Numbered from the stretch's first letter, positions 38,146-48,106 are shown. The stretch: DNA of 64,000 nucleotides from an uncultured bacterium (GCA_964460305.1 CAYWRA010000002.1:3089-67088); one strand, 5' to 3'. Translations and numbers: made by a program. Notes: a model not told the origin generated them from the letters alone.

Positions 38146-38358
38146 CTAATCCGCCGAGCCCTCTATCTGGCCCCAACTCAACTTCCGCACCCCCGCGACC
38201 TTGGAGAGGGTTTTCACCGTTTCGACGCCCAGCCCCTGCCCCTTGAACTTGACGATAAAATCCACAACGGTGCCGCCATCGGGGGAGCGGATCTCGATGC
38301 CGTAGTCCTTGATGTTCAAGCCTAGGGCCTCTATCTTCGATCGTACCCTCTCGTACAA
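38146..38358 (-). CDS. Small hypothetical protein (70 aa) co-oriented with the MgtC-like gene
   Basis: The ORF abuts the MgtC-family gene end to start. Confidence 0.3.
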   Translation of the reverse strand: MYERVRSKIEALGLNIKDYGIEIRSPDGGTVVDFIVKFKGQGLGVETVKTLSKVAGVRKLSWGQIEGSAD

Positions 38359-38862
38359 TCAGATTCCTCCCTCGCCCTCGATCCGTATCTCCCTGTAGCG
38401 ATCCGGATTGATGCGGTGGCTCAGACCCTCGAGCGCCATAAGCGTCAAAAGGGCAAGGGCGGTTACCTCCGTCGAGATAAGGTAATGCCCCAAGCCCAGC
38501 GTAATGCCTATGGCCGACACGATCCATATGGAAGCCGCCGTCGTCAGCCCCAGGACGAAATTCCTCCCCTTTATAATGGTGCCCGCGCCGAGGAACCCGA
38601 TGCCGGTGATGATGCCGGCGGCGGCCCGCGCGGGGTCCATCCGTATAGCGGATTCGGCCCCTGGTTGCATCGTCGCATAGAGCTTCTGGAATGCAAGGAT
38701 GATGGCCGCCGAACCCATGCATACCAGTATATTGGTCCTGGTGCCAGCGGCCCTCCCGTGAGCTTCCCGCTCGGTGCCGATAAGCCCGCCGAAAATCAGG
38801 GCAAGGACGAGTCTCAGCAGCGTTTCCCATTCGCTTATTATCATAGTGCTCACATTGGTCAT
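38359..38862 (-). CDS. MgtC/SapB-family membrane protein
   Basis: The product has the motif LIFGGLIGTEREAHGRAAGTRT. Confidence 0.6.
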   Translation of the reverse strand: MTNVSTMIISEWETLLRLVLALIFGGLIGTEREAHGRAAGTRTNILVCMGSAAIILAFQKLYATMQPGAESAIRMDPARAAAGIITGIGFLGAGTIIKGRNFVLGLTTAASIWIVSAIGITLGLGHYLISTEVTALALLTLMALEGLSHRINPDRYREIRIEGEGGI

Positions 38863-38902
38863 AATCTCACCTCCCAAATTCCAGTCCCTTCAGGGATAAC
38901 CT

Positions 38903-38978
38903 TAGCCCGATCTATTCATCAACTTTGATCGGCCGATAAATACTTACTGTAGCGCAAATAGTTAATCAAAATCGTCGC
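38903..38978 (+). repeat. Repeat family A, copy A4
   Basis: agcccgatctattcatcaactttgatcggccgataaatacttactgtagcgcaaatagttaatcaaaatcgtcgcatt. Confidence 0.8.
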
Positions 38979-38979
38979 A

Positions 38980-41556
38980 TTATCGCTCGGTCTGCACAGA
39001 GGGGTTTGACCGTTTTGACGACCTAACTCCCGCGAAAAATCTCTCCATCTCCGCGAGCGTTCCACGCGCGTCGAGGCGGCAGATGGAAGTGGCGGGGAGC
39101 GAGTCCAAAAAGAGTTTCCCATACCTCCTGCTGTGTACGCGGGAATCAAGGATGAGCACCGCGCCGATATCCTCCCGGTGCCGTATCAATCGACCGAATC
39201 CCTGCCTGAATTTAATCACCGCCTGGGGGACGCTGTATTCCAGGAACGGATCCCCGCCGGCAAGCTCTAGCGCCTCCACCCGCGCCTGCTGGATCGGTTC
39301 GTCCGGGACCCTGAACGGCAGCCGCGTCAGGATCACGCACTGCAACGCCTCTCCCCGCACGTCAACGCCCTCCCAGAAGCTGTCGGTGGCGAAAAGGACC
39401 GATCCCTTCTCCCTCCTGAAACGGTTGAGTAGCGCGGTGCGGTTATCGGTCCCCTGCTTGAGCACGGTGAGCCCCGCACCCTCAAGATCGTTCGCCAGCC
39501 GCGCATACAGCTTCTCGAGCAATCTGTAAGATGTGAAAAGCACAAACGCGCTCCCCCGGCTGATCGCCACCGCCTGCCCAACCAACTCCGCCAGCATGTC
39601 TTCATAGCCTTCACTACCCGGTTCGGCAATTCCCCTCGGGGCGGCTACAAACGCCTGGGCGCCGTAGTCGAAGGGTGAGGGAAGGATGCAGCACTCCAGC
39701 TTGTCCTTCTCCGCCTCGCCCAGCCCCACGCGCGAGCGAAAATAATCGAACGCGCCCCCCACGGTGAGCGTCGCCGAGGTCATGATCACCGTGTCAAACC
39801 GTTCGTAGATTGCCTCGCGCATTCCCGCCGAGACATCAAGGGGGGCGGCGCAGAAGTTCAGCCTCTCCCACGCACCTTTGCCTTTGAGCTCAAGCCAGCG
39901 GCAGACTCCATCCCCTCCCTTCATAAAAAAGGTGAGGCACTCGACGTAATGCTCGACCCGTTGCCGCATCGAGCCGATTTCGACCATGGCGGACTCGACC
40001 ATTTTCTTGCGGCGCTCGGGAAGCGCGCCGAGAAGTTTCAGGAGATCCGCGAGTTTTTCCGAGAACGATCTGATGACGCCGAGCAGCTCTTTGAGAACGG
40101 GGCAAAGCGCCCCTTGCCAGAACGGCGAAGCGGCGATGTCCGGCGTAATCCTGAGGCTTCGGCCGTTCTCCCCATCCGCACCCTTGCACGCCATCTTCAA
40201 TTCCGCCGTGAGCCGGTCCATGGCGGCGGCGATCTTTTTCTCCGCGGCGAGCCGCTCGGGGATTATCGTATCCGTGATCGAATCGAGCGCTCCCGATATC
40301 CGCCCGCGATCCTCGCCATCGATCTCGGCGTGCAGCTTCGCACAGAGGAACGGGAGCAGTCCCCTGCCGGTCTCCCTCACGCCCTGAAGGCGACGCAATA
40401 TCCTGAGCAGGCCGTATTTCGAAACCTGGAAGCCGAAATACTCCGTGGCGACGTCCTCGACGTGCTGGGCCTCGTCTATGATAATCCTTTGGAACCGCGG
40501 AAGCACCGCCGGCCGATCATGGCCCTCCATGCGGCTGCGCACCGCAAGATCCGCCATTAGCAAATGGTGGTTTACCACAAGGACGTGGGCGCTTGAGGAT
40601 TCCCTCCTCGCCTTGTAGAAAAAGCATTCCGCGTAATGGGGGCAGTGCAGGCGCGTGCACTGGTCCGCCTCTGAGCAGACGCGCTCCCAGTTCTCCCTGC
40701 GCGGGATGAAGCTCAGGTCGGAAAGGCTCCCGTCTTTGGTTTTCTCCGACCACTGAAAGAGCTCGCACAACTCCTCCTGCCCGCCGGCGGCGAGAAGTAG
40801 CCTGTTCTCTTCTCGCGCAACGGCGAGCTTCCGCAGGCAGAGGTAGTTGCTCCGCCCCTTCACCAACACCGCCTTGCACTGGAGCCCCTTCAGCTTCTGT
40901 AGGAGCGGCAAGTCTTTCCCGATGAGCTGCTCCTGGAGATTGATGGTTTTTGTCGATATCACCACCCGCTCGTCGTTGTTGAGGCTCCACGCTATCGCGG
41001 GGATGAGATAGGCGAGGGATTTGCCCGTACCCGTGCCAGCCTCGATCAAGGCGATGCGGTCCTCGTTGAAGGCCTTCGCCACTTTCGCCAACATCGTCTG
41101 CTGCTCTTCACGGCACTCGAAGTCGGGAAGCTCCCTGCTTACGGGGCCGCCGGGACGGATATACGCGGCGAGCGCCTCGACGTCAAGCGGGGTTAGCTCC
41201 TCCTCCCGTGAGGGTTCCACGACGGGGTATACCCGCTCGACGTCATTATCGACGATGTAAAAACCACAGCCCCCGCCCCCCAGCTCGGACGCGACCGCGA
41301 GGTCGGCATTGGAAGGGGAGAGCGGCCCATCGGGATGGTTATGGATGACAACGTCGCCTAGTTCGACGCTTCTCGTAATGGCGGGAACGCACTCGCGGTC
41401 GCCCCTCGCGAGCACGGAAACGGTCCTTACGATAAGCCGGTCATCCGTCTTACCGAGGAAAAACACCTCGTTGCCGTCAGCCGCCTCTATCGACGACCGC
41501 ATTTCATCGACCGCGTCTGGATGGATGTACTCCGTGACCTCGATTGATTTCTTCAT
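38980..41556 (-). CDS. JAB/MPN-domain protein fused to an Fe-S Rad3/DinG-family DNA helicase
   Basis: The N-terminus carries the JAMM motif HNHPDGPLSPSNAD. The helicase part has Walker A TGTGKSLAY, the DEAH box IIDEAQH, and an Fe-S Cys cluster (C...CTRLHCPHYAEC). A C-terminal helicase domain follows. Confidence 0.65.
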   Translation of the reverse strand: MKKSIEVTEYIHPDAVDEMRSSIEAADGNEVFFLGKTDDRLIVRTVSVLARGDRECVPAITRSVELGDVVIHNHPDGPLSPSNADLAVASELGGGGCGFYIVDNDVERVYPVVEPSREEELTPLDVEALAAYIRPGGPVSRELPDFECREEQQTMLAKVAKAFNEDRIALIEAGTGTGKSLAYLIPAIAWSLNNDERVVISTKTINLQEQLIGKDLPLLQKLKGLQCKAVLVKGRSNYLCLRKLAVAREENRLLLAAGGQEELCELFQWSEKTKDGSLSDLSFIPRRENWERVCSEADQCTRLHCPHYAECFFYKARRESSSAHVLVVNHHLLMADLAVRSRMEGHDRPAVLPRFQRIIIDEAQHVEDVATEYFGFQVSKYGLLRILRRLQGVRETGRGLLPFLCAKLHAEIDGEDRGRISGALDSITDTIIPERLAAEKKIAAAMDRLTAELKMACKGADGENGRSLRITPDIAASPFWQGALCPVLKELLGVIRSFSEKLADLLKLLGALPERRKKMVESAMVEIGSMRQRVEHYVECLTFFMKGGDGVCRWLELKGKGAWERLNFCAAPLDVSAGMREAIYERFDTVIMTSATLTVGGAFDYFRSRVGLGEAEKDKLECCILPSPFDYGAQAFVAAPRGIAEPGSEGYEDMLAELVGQAVAISRGSAFVLFTSYRLLEKLYARLANDLEGAGLTVLKQGTDNRTALLNRFRREKGSVLFATDSFWEGVDVRGEALQCVILTRLPFRVPDEPIQQARVEALELAGGDPFLEYSVPQAVIKFRQGFGRLIRHREDIGAVLILDSRVHSRRYGKLFLDSLPATSICRLDARGTLAEMERFFAGVRSSKRSNPSVQTER

Positions 41557-41739
41557 GTTGTGGGAGCATTATAACACAACGTGCGCATGCGCCCGCCCGC
41601 GTTGGGAATTTGAACCATCTCTGGAAATGACGAATACCCCGCCTAACAACCGGCCTCGTCCCAAAGGGATCCCTTCGGGAAAGAGGCCCCTTTGGGGCGG
41701 GCAGGCAAATGACAAATGTCAAAACACAATGAGGTTTTG

Positions 41740-43344
41740 TCATTTGGTCATTTGTAATTCATTTGTCATTTGCGCTTTGGTATTTGTCATTATTTTGCCC
41801 CTGCACGCATCGCGATGCTGGACGAGCAGCGAATCGTCCAGGTATACCGGGTTCAGGCGCGCGGCCTTCTCATACGCCTCGATCGCCCTGCCGTACTCCC
41901 CCCTGGCCTCATAGACCATGCCGATGCCTATATACACGTTGGCCGAGTAAACGGCGTCGCGGGTCAGGCCCATCGCCCGATTGAATTCCCGGAGCGCCTC
42001 GTCATACCTGCCGGTCATGCGGTAGACGTTTGCAAGATTGTTGCGGGCGGAGGGAAAATCAGATCTGAGATTCACCGCCTGCATCAGCATCTCCTCCGCC
42101 TCCTCGTAACGGCCCCGTCGCATGTATACGATCCCAAGATTGTTGTAGGCATCGGCGCTTTCAGGGCTGTGTGCGATGACCGCCTCCCACAGCGTCGCGC
42201 TGTCACGCCAAACGGTATTCCGCGCCATCGTAAGGACGGCAAAAAGTGTGACGACCGCGCAGACAGCGGCAGCCCCCAGGCGGAAGCGAGGCCGCAGGAG
42301 ACCCGCCGCCGCGGCGTGCCCGCAGAGGAGACAAAGGGCGGCGCTTGGGAGATAGAGATACCGGTCGGCCTTTATCATGTTCACCGGGATGATCTGGAGC
42401 ACGGGTATGAGCGATACCGCGCCCCAGAAAAAGCAGAATGAGAACAGTCCCTTGCCCCGGCGCCTCGCGACCGCCGCAATGCACAGAGTAATTATCGCAA
42501 CAAGCGGGAAAAGGCACCGGATCTCCGTCGCCCGGGAGGGTAACTCCACCAGATAGAGAGAGGAGAGGTCGACGGGAAGGACAAGCATCCTGATGTAATC
42601 GCCCAGCACGACGCACATCGCGCGCATCGTGCCGTAGATGCTCCCGCCATGGTAGACAAAGCGCAAGTCTCTATGCGGATCCAGGAATATGGTGGCGATT
42701 GCGATGGGCAGAAGTGGCAGCGCGTAGGGGAACTTGTGCGGTATACTCCGCCCCAGGCCGATCCGCCGGCCATTACCGAGAACGTCGTATAGGATGAGCG
42801 CCAGAGGGAGTGTGATCATCAACGGTTTGGAACAGATGGTACAGAGGTAGAAACAGACGCTCAGGGAGAATAGCCCTCCCCCCCGTCTCTCCCGGCTTCG
42901 GACGTATGCCAGGAACGAGAGGAGATAAAAGAGCATTCCCAGGCCGTCCTTTCTGCTCGAGAGCCAGGCGACCGATTCCGCGTGCAACGGGTGTACCGCA
43001 AAGAGCGCCGCTGCCGCAAGGGCCGCCTCCACCTTGCCTATCATCTCTCCGCAGAGGAGGAAAAAGACGAGCACGACGAGCGCATAGATGAGCAGATCGG
43101 TTATGTGATACCCCACCGGGTTGAGTCTCCAGAAGAGATAATCGAGGCTATGGGAGATCACCGGCAGGGGGGGATAGCTTAAGTGATAATTCTTGATGAC
43201 GTGGGGGATGTCGAGCGTGCGGATGGCCTTGTTCCTGACGATGAGATGCTCATCGTCCCAATTGGTAAAATGATTGCCGAGAATGTTGGCGTAGACCACC
43301 AGTACCAGGGCAATCAGGCATAAAATCGCTATCCATGTCCTCAC
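41740..43344 (-). CDS. Polytopic membrane protein (PMT/TMTC-like glycosyltransferase fold) with C-terminal TPR repeats
   Basis: About 11 TM helices are predicted. The product has the TPR segments AEAYNNLGIVYMRRGRYEEAEEM and RNNLANVYRMTGRYDEA. The last ~15 codons read through a family B repeat. Confidence 0.5.
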   Translation of the reverse strand: MRTWIAILCLIALVLVVYANILGNHFTNWDDEHLIVRNKAIRTLDIPHVIKNYHLSYPPLPVISHSLDYLFWRLNPVGYHITDLLIYALVVLVFFLLCGEMIGKVEAALAAAALFAVHPLHAESVAWLSSRKDGLGMLFYLLSFLAYVRSRERRGGGLFSLSVCFYLCTICSKPLMITLPLALILYDVLGNGRRIGLGRSIPHKFPYALPLLPIAIATIFLDPHRDLRFVYHGGSIYGTMRAMCVVLGDYIRMLVLPVDLSSLYLVELPSRATEIRCLFPLVAIITLCIAAVARRRGKGLFSFCFFWGAVSLIPVLQIIPVNMIKADRYLYLPSAALCLLCGHAAAAGLLRPRFRLGAAAVCAVVTLFAVLTMARNTVWRDSATLWEAVIAHSPESADAYNNLGIVYMRRGRYEEAEEMLMQAVNLRSDFPSARNNLANVYRMTGRYDEALREFNRAMGLTRDAVYSANVYIGIGMVYEARGEYGRAIEAYEKAARLNPVYLDDSLLVQHRDACRGKIMTNTKAQMTNELQMTK

Positions 43345-43401
43345 GGGCCTATGATCCTACCTGCTCTATGGTTGGCGTGACTTTGACAGGATAGCAAAAA
43401 G

Positions 43402-43445
43402 GGCCCCGCTATCATGACCAAATATTATGGCCACGATAGCGGGGG
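43402..43445. terminator. 10-bp stem hairpin gccccgctatc...gatagcggggg
   Basis: This inverted repeat lies downstream of the minus-strand beta-propeller gene. Confidence 0.35.
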
Positions 43446-43495
43446 AAGGCTTCACGCCGCAGTCGCTGAATACCTGATGCAGGCGTCGGCGGTTT

Positions 43496-44836
43496 CTACT
43501 CGATGGCTATTTCGATGGAATCAAGCGCGAGCGCATTCGCCGGCGAGGGAGCGGTCCCCTCCGGCATGAGGCCCGCATAGACCGTCCATGTCCCTGCCGG
43601 AACGTTCGCGGGCATGGACATATCGATAAGATCTTTCGTCACCGCCTGCTTCAAGCCGGGCACTCCCGCGACAAAAGCGCTGAGCCCCTTCACAAGCCCT
43701 TTCTGTGTGAGCGAGTAGACTACGCCAGGCCCCTTGAGTACGACGTAAGCGTCGAACGGCTGCGTGGTCGGCTGCACCGCAACAGAGAGGACGAACCTAT
43801 CGCCGGCGCCGAACGATGCGGCGTTTGCCACGATCCCGATCGCAGGCTGGACCGGGGCGATCTGGTATATGTCAGCCGGGGTCGGCCCTCCGAACTCATC
43901 TGCATAGGCCGCGGCGAGCTTCGCGGAAGTCCACGTGTCAGGCGCAAACGATTGCTCGCGCTTGTAGATCGCGAGGATGCTGAATCCGCCCGCGATGTCC
44001 GTGCTCAACGTGGCAAAACCCGTGAGGGGGGAGAGCCGGTATATCTTCCCGTGGTGATTGTCCGAGACATACAGGTCGCCGCTCGAATGCCAAGCCACGT
44101 CGACGCCCCCGTCAAGGATCGCGATCTGCTGGGCCTCTGAGGGAGTGAGCGCCGCGCCATGTGCGAGTGCGGACTCGAGATCCGTATGACCGAACTTGAA
44201 CAGCGTGAACGCGCCCGTATCGGGGATGGGCCACGTGTCGGTATTGCGCAGATAGTAGAGGTTCCCTTCGTCGTCAACGTCTATGCCGCCCGAATAGGTG
44301 TGATCGACCGATACCACCTCCGTGAGCGAGCGCGCCGCAACGTCGAGATAGTAGATCTTGTTGGTCGCGCCGGCCGGATTGGCGCTCACGTAGCAATGCG
44401 TCGAGTCGATGAACGCGAGGTCGTACGCGCCGTCGAAGCTGCCGGAAGCCGGGGTGAGCTCGGTTACGGCATACGGGCTGGAGAGATCCATGCGCCTCAC
44501 CTTGTAGGTGGAGCTCTCGCCGAAAAGCGCAAACGAGCCGTCGGGGCTCACCTTCACGAACGCCCCCCATACGTTCCCGCCGAAGTCATACTTTTTCTCC
44601 ACGCCGGCGGGGGCGCCGTCGTCATCGGCGTCGACTACTCCGATGTAGCTGTTCACGGCGCCGGTCGTATCCACGTACATCCCGATGATGTCGCCGTTCG
44701 GCAGATAATCGAAACCCCCGGCGAAATTCTGGCCGAGCGTCTCCGCCTCGTACCCCGAGGGCATCTGGATCGCCCCCTCGGTCATCGTCGCTGCCATTAC
44801 GCACGCTAGTGCGCCGCCAATCAAACATCTTCTCAT
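43496..44836 (-). CDS. Secreted beta-propeller-like hypothetical protein
   Basis: The product has the signal peptide MRRCLIGGALACVMAATMTEGA. Its beta-rich segments are repeated. Confidence 0.4.
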   Translation of the reverse strand: MRRCLIGGALACVMAATMTEGAIQMPSGYEAETLGQNFAGGFDYLPNGDIIGMYVDTTGAVNSYIGVVDADDDGAPAGVEKKYDFGGNVWGAFVKVSPDGSFALFGESSTYKVRRMDLSSPYAVTELTPASGSFDGAYDLAFIDSTHCYVSANPAGATNKIYYLDVAARSLTEVVSVDHTYSGGIDVDDEGNLYYLRNTDTWPIPDTGAFTLFKFGHTDLESALAHGAALTPSEAQQIAILDGGVDVAWHSSGDLYVSDNHHGKIYRLSPLTGFATLSTDIAGGFSILAIYKREQSFAPDTWTSAKLAAAYADEFGGPTPADIYQIAPVQPAIGIVANAASFGAGDRFVLSVAVQPTTQPFDAYVVLKGPGVVYSLTQKGLVKGLSAFVAGVPGLKQAVTKDLIDMSMPANVPAGTWTVYAGLMPEGTAPSPANALALDSIEIAIE

Positions 44837-45364
44837 TCCGTTCTCCTCTCTTTTCGTTTTTTCCAGGGTGTCTATGTGAACCCCGGAGCGGTCGGCCGCA
44901 GACAACAAAAAAGCCAGCTCCTCAAGGTTTAAGAAGAACTGGCTTCATCCATACCGGCTTCTCCCACCCCGAAGAAGATTCTCCCTGAGGTGTCCTGGCT
45001 TGTGGCATTAAATGATCAGCGGCCTTCCCAGAGCAGCGACCCTTCGATCCACTGATCCAGTGACCGGCTTACTACGGCAAAAAGTTTAAGGTATAAAGGA
45101 ACCGGCTTTAAACTTTAACTTTAAGCTGTTTTTTCCGCCACTTACAGTTGCGGGGGCAGCAGCGGTTTTTCACCGCTTTCCCTCATAAGACGTATTTCAA
45201 AGATCGGCGCTATTATACGCTCCCCCGGAGGGGTGTCAAATGAATTATGCATAAAACATCAAAGTACGCGATAAACCGTAACCCATAAGCCGTAAGTGCT
45301 TTGATCCTATAGCATAAGGCTTACAATTTAAGGCATTCAGCGCCCTCGATCTGCCCTCGCAACT

Positions 45365-45393
45365 TTGACAATCGTGTTCAATAATGCTATACT
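45365..45393 (+). promoter_or_regulatory. Near-consensus sigma70 promoter TTGACA-N17-TATACT
   Basis: The sequence is TTGACAatcgtgttcaataatgcTATACT, ~35 nt upstream of the peptidase ATG. The upstream region is AT-rich. Confidence 0.55.
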
Positions 45394-45427
45394 TAATACG
45401 GCGGAGGGAGACAATCGGAGACGGCGT

Positions 45428-46858
45428 ATGCGACGCCTATTGAAACGTGTTTTTTACATCGCTGGGGTTCTTGGCCTGACGTTGATTCTGACCGCCGCCA
45501 AGGCGGAGGAGCGCCAGATTCTCGAATTCAAGAGCGACGACTCGCTCGAGGCAGTCAGGGCGAAGATCGCGAATAACGGCTATAGTTTCGAAGTCGGGCA
45601 TAACTGGGTCTTTGATATGCCCACCGAGATGAAGCGCGAGTTCTTCAGCCGCCACCGGGGTCAATTCCCCACTATTGTGTCAGACGCTACCGGACCGCTT
45701 GAGGAACACCTTGGGAAAGTCGATCTCCCATCGAGTTTCGATTGGAGGAACTATAACGGCCATTCATATATCGGCCCAATCAGAAACCAGGGCAATTGCG
45801 GATCTTGCTACGCCTTCGGCGCCTGCGCCGCGGCGGAGGGTGTATACAATGTAGCATTCGGCCTATACGATTCGAGTTGTGTGGATTTCTCCGAATCGTT
45901 CATCATCTGGTGCCTGGCAAGGCTTCCCGGTTATGGCGACCATTTTTACGGCTGCGACGGCGCAGACTACGACTACATGGAGCTTCAAGCGCTCACCACG
46001 GACGGCGTGTGCACCGAGAGCAGTTTTCCCTATACCACAAGCGATCCACAAACATGCACGCACTGGGGTGCCCCCCGCGCCAGCTTCTCGTCCTGGTACA
46101 GGGTTCCGTGTGGCGACATCGACGCGATAAAGACGGCGATAATGACCTATGGCGCGGTGGATGCCGCGGTATATTCAAGTACTTCGGCCTTCACGGGGTA
46201 CATGAGCGGTATTTACAATGATTCAAACAACACGTGTCAAACGGATCCCTGTTACTACGCGGACACGGACCATGCGATAGCGCTCGTGGGCTGGAATGAC
46301 GCCGATGGCGGTTACTGGATACTGAGGAATTCCTGGGGCGCCAGCTGGGGCGAGAACGGTTATATGCGGATCCAGTACAACGCCGCTCACGTCGCGTGCG
46401 AAGTGGCATATCTCGCTGGGGCACAGCCTATGCCTACCCTCACACCAACGCCCATATCGACACCCACACCGACGCCGACGATGAATATAGAATCGAGCCC
46501 GCTGACGGCGGGTCAGTATTTCACGCTGGACTTTTTGCTGACACAGCAGATACTCCAGTCGTTCGACTTTTACATGCTTGCCGATACGCCGTACGGCATA
46601 TACACCATCTTCCCGAACGGATCGGTGAAAGCGGGAGTCAGACCGGTTTACTCCGGCGCCGACGGGTATCTGAACACGGTTACAATGCTAATACGACCCG
46701 CAGTCGCCATCCCGGATTCGATGTACGGAAGCACGGTGACATTTTATGCCGCGGTCGTGCAAGCCGGCAAGCAGCCGGTCGTGAGAAGCCTCTCGGAAGT
46801 CGGGCCCGCGACCCCATATGTGATCCTGCTCTCCAAGGATGCTGAGGTAGTTAATTAG
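45428..46858 (+). CDS. Secreted papain-family (C1A) cysteine peptidase with Thr/Pro linker and C-terminal domain
   Basis: A signal peptide is present. The catalytic-Cys motif is QGNCGSCYAFGA. The His motif HAIALVGW and the Asn-Trp motif ILRNSWGASWGENGY are present. The linker is PTLTPTPISTPTPTPT. Confidence 0.8.
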   Translation: MRRLLKRVFYIAGVLGLTLILTAAKAEERQILEFKSDDSLEAVRAKIANNGYSFEVGHNWVFDMPTEMKREFFSRHRGQFPTIVSDATGPLEEHLGKVDLPSSFDWRNYNGHSYIGPIRNQGNCGSCYAFGACAAAEGVYNVAFGLYDSSCVDFSESFIIWCLARLPGYGDHFYGCDGADYDYMELQALTTDGVCTESSFPYTTSDPQTCTHWGAPRASFSSWYRVPCGDIDAIKTAIMTYGAVDAAVYSSTSAFTGYMSGIYNDSNNTCQTDPCYYADTDHAIALVGWNDADGGYWILRNSWGASWGENGYMRIQYNAAHVACEVAYLAGAQPMPTLTPTPISTPTPTPTMNIESSPLTAGQYFTLDFLLTQQILQSFDFYMLADTPYGIYTIFPNGSVKAGVRPVYSGADGYLNTVTMLIRPAVAIPDSMYGSTVTFYAAVVQAGKQPVVRSLSEVGPATPYVILLSKDAEVVN

Positions 46859-46917
46859 CTGTAGGAAAATCCCAAATCCTCCGCCGAAGGCGGACAAACC
46901 CCCAATCCCAATATCGA

Positions 46918-46985
46918 GAATGCCAAATACCAAAATGACAAAACCTCATTGTGTTTTGCCATTTGACATTTGGTATTTGCCATTG
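46918..46985 (-). repeat. Repeat family B, copy B4 (reverse orientation)
   Basis: gacaaaacctcattgtgttttgcc is the reverse complement of the family B core. Confidence 0.7.
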
Positions 46986-47274
46986 CGGTCTTACCAACGC
47001 ACTACTTCGGTGAGCACATAGCGTTTGCAGTCGTCGAATTTTTGACGCACCGAGCTGCATCCGCTGACGGCAAGGAGGGATTGGATGAGGATCAAGATGA
47101 GCAGCAACGTCGGAACAGTTCTTCTCGTTTTCACGTTTTTAGCCTCTTGCCGAGAGTAGCAAAGGAGTTCCCTCAAGACAATCCCGAAATGGCGGACGAA
47201 TTTACCAGGAGTCGCGGAGAAGATTTTTTGCCGCGGATGGACGCTGATTATAGCTTACTGCTTACCACTGCTCT

Positions 47275-47395
47275 TGTTGGGATTTTGGATTTGGGGGTTG
47301 CCTGCCCGCCCCAAAGGGGCCTCTTTCCCAAAGGGATCCCTTTGGGAAAGAGGCCGGTTGTCAGGCGGGGGATTTGGGATTTTCCAATAATATTG
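47275..47395. repeat. Composite repeat: family C heptamers flanking a family D nested palindrome
   Basis: gggattttggatttggg...ccccaaaggggcctctttcccaaagggatccctttgggaaagaggcc...gggggatttgggatttt. This is the reverse complement of 41655-41700. Confidence 0.8.
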
Positions 47396-47436
47396 CTTGT
47401 CATACCGGGGTAGTATACAATAAATTATTGCATATT

Positions 47437-47510
47437 AGCCTGATCTATTCATCAACTTTGATCGGCCGATAAATACTTGCTGTAGCGCAAATAGTTAATC
47501 AAAATTGTCA
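47437..47510 (+). repeat. Repeat family A, copy A5
   Basis: agcctgatctattcatcaactttgatcggccgataaatacttgctgtagcgcaaatagttaatcaaaattgtca. Confidence 0.8.
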
Positions 47511-47521
47511 GAGCCGCCCCA

Positions 47522-48094
47522 ATGCAAACAGACAACCATACGATATTCCGTATTCTAAGTGAAGCAGCCGCGGTGGTAGTCATCGGTTTCCTCGTCGGTT
47601 TCGCCAACAACGCCCTTTCCTCGCGGAGTATCCCGATCGTCGGCAACTGGAACAAGGCCTACGGTGTGCCATCGCCGGGGGGGGCCAACGACGCCACGCG
47701 CGGAAACGTGGAGATCGGCGCGGAGGAGGCTCTGCGCTTCTTTCGGGAGAACGCCCTCTTTCTCGACGCCCGGCCGGCTGAAGCATACGCGGAGCGCCAC
47801 GTCCGCGGCGCATACGCGCTCCCCGAAAACGGGGCAGCGGCCCGAATGGAAGAGGTCTTTGCGATGGCCGAGAGACACAAAAAGATCGTGGTCTATTGCC
47901 AGAGCATGGACTGCGACGAGGCCCATCTCCTAGCGGGGACGTTGCATGGAGCCGGCATCAAAGAGGTTTTTGTTTTTGCCGGGGGCTTGAAGGAATGGGA
48001 GGCGGCGGGTTATCCCATGGAGAGTTCCGTCACGACCCCGGCGCCGCCCGATCAGCCGGCCGCGCCCTCCGAGCCGTCAAGGGGGCTGCCGTGA
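47522..48094 (+). CDS. Membrane-anchored rhodanese-domain sulfurtransferase
   Basis: The product has an N-terminal TM and a rhodanese fold with catalytic-loop Cys in VVYCQSMDCDEAH. Confidence 0.6.
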   Translation: MQTDNHTIFRILSEAAAVVVIGFLVGFANNALSSRSIPIVGNWNKAYGVPSPGGANDATRGNVEIGAEEALRFFRENALFLDARPAEAYAERHVRGAYALPENGAAARMEEVFAMAERHKKIVVYCQSMDCDEAHLLAGTLHGAGIKEVFVFAGGLKEWEAAGYPMESSVTTPAPPDQPAAPSEPSRGLP

Positions 48095-48106
48095 AACACG
48101 GAAGAA

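Noticed and set aside
41740-41800. Peptide ...KIMTNTKAQMTNELQMTK at the end of the TPR membrane gene, and the same MTNDKAQMTNELQMTK at 53636-53682
   Set aside because: These are translations of the family B heptamer repeat (AAATGAC), not conserved protein motifs. The true gene ends or starts are probably inside or just outside the repeat.
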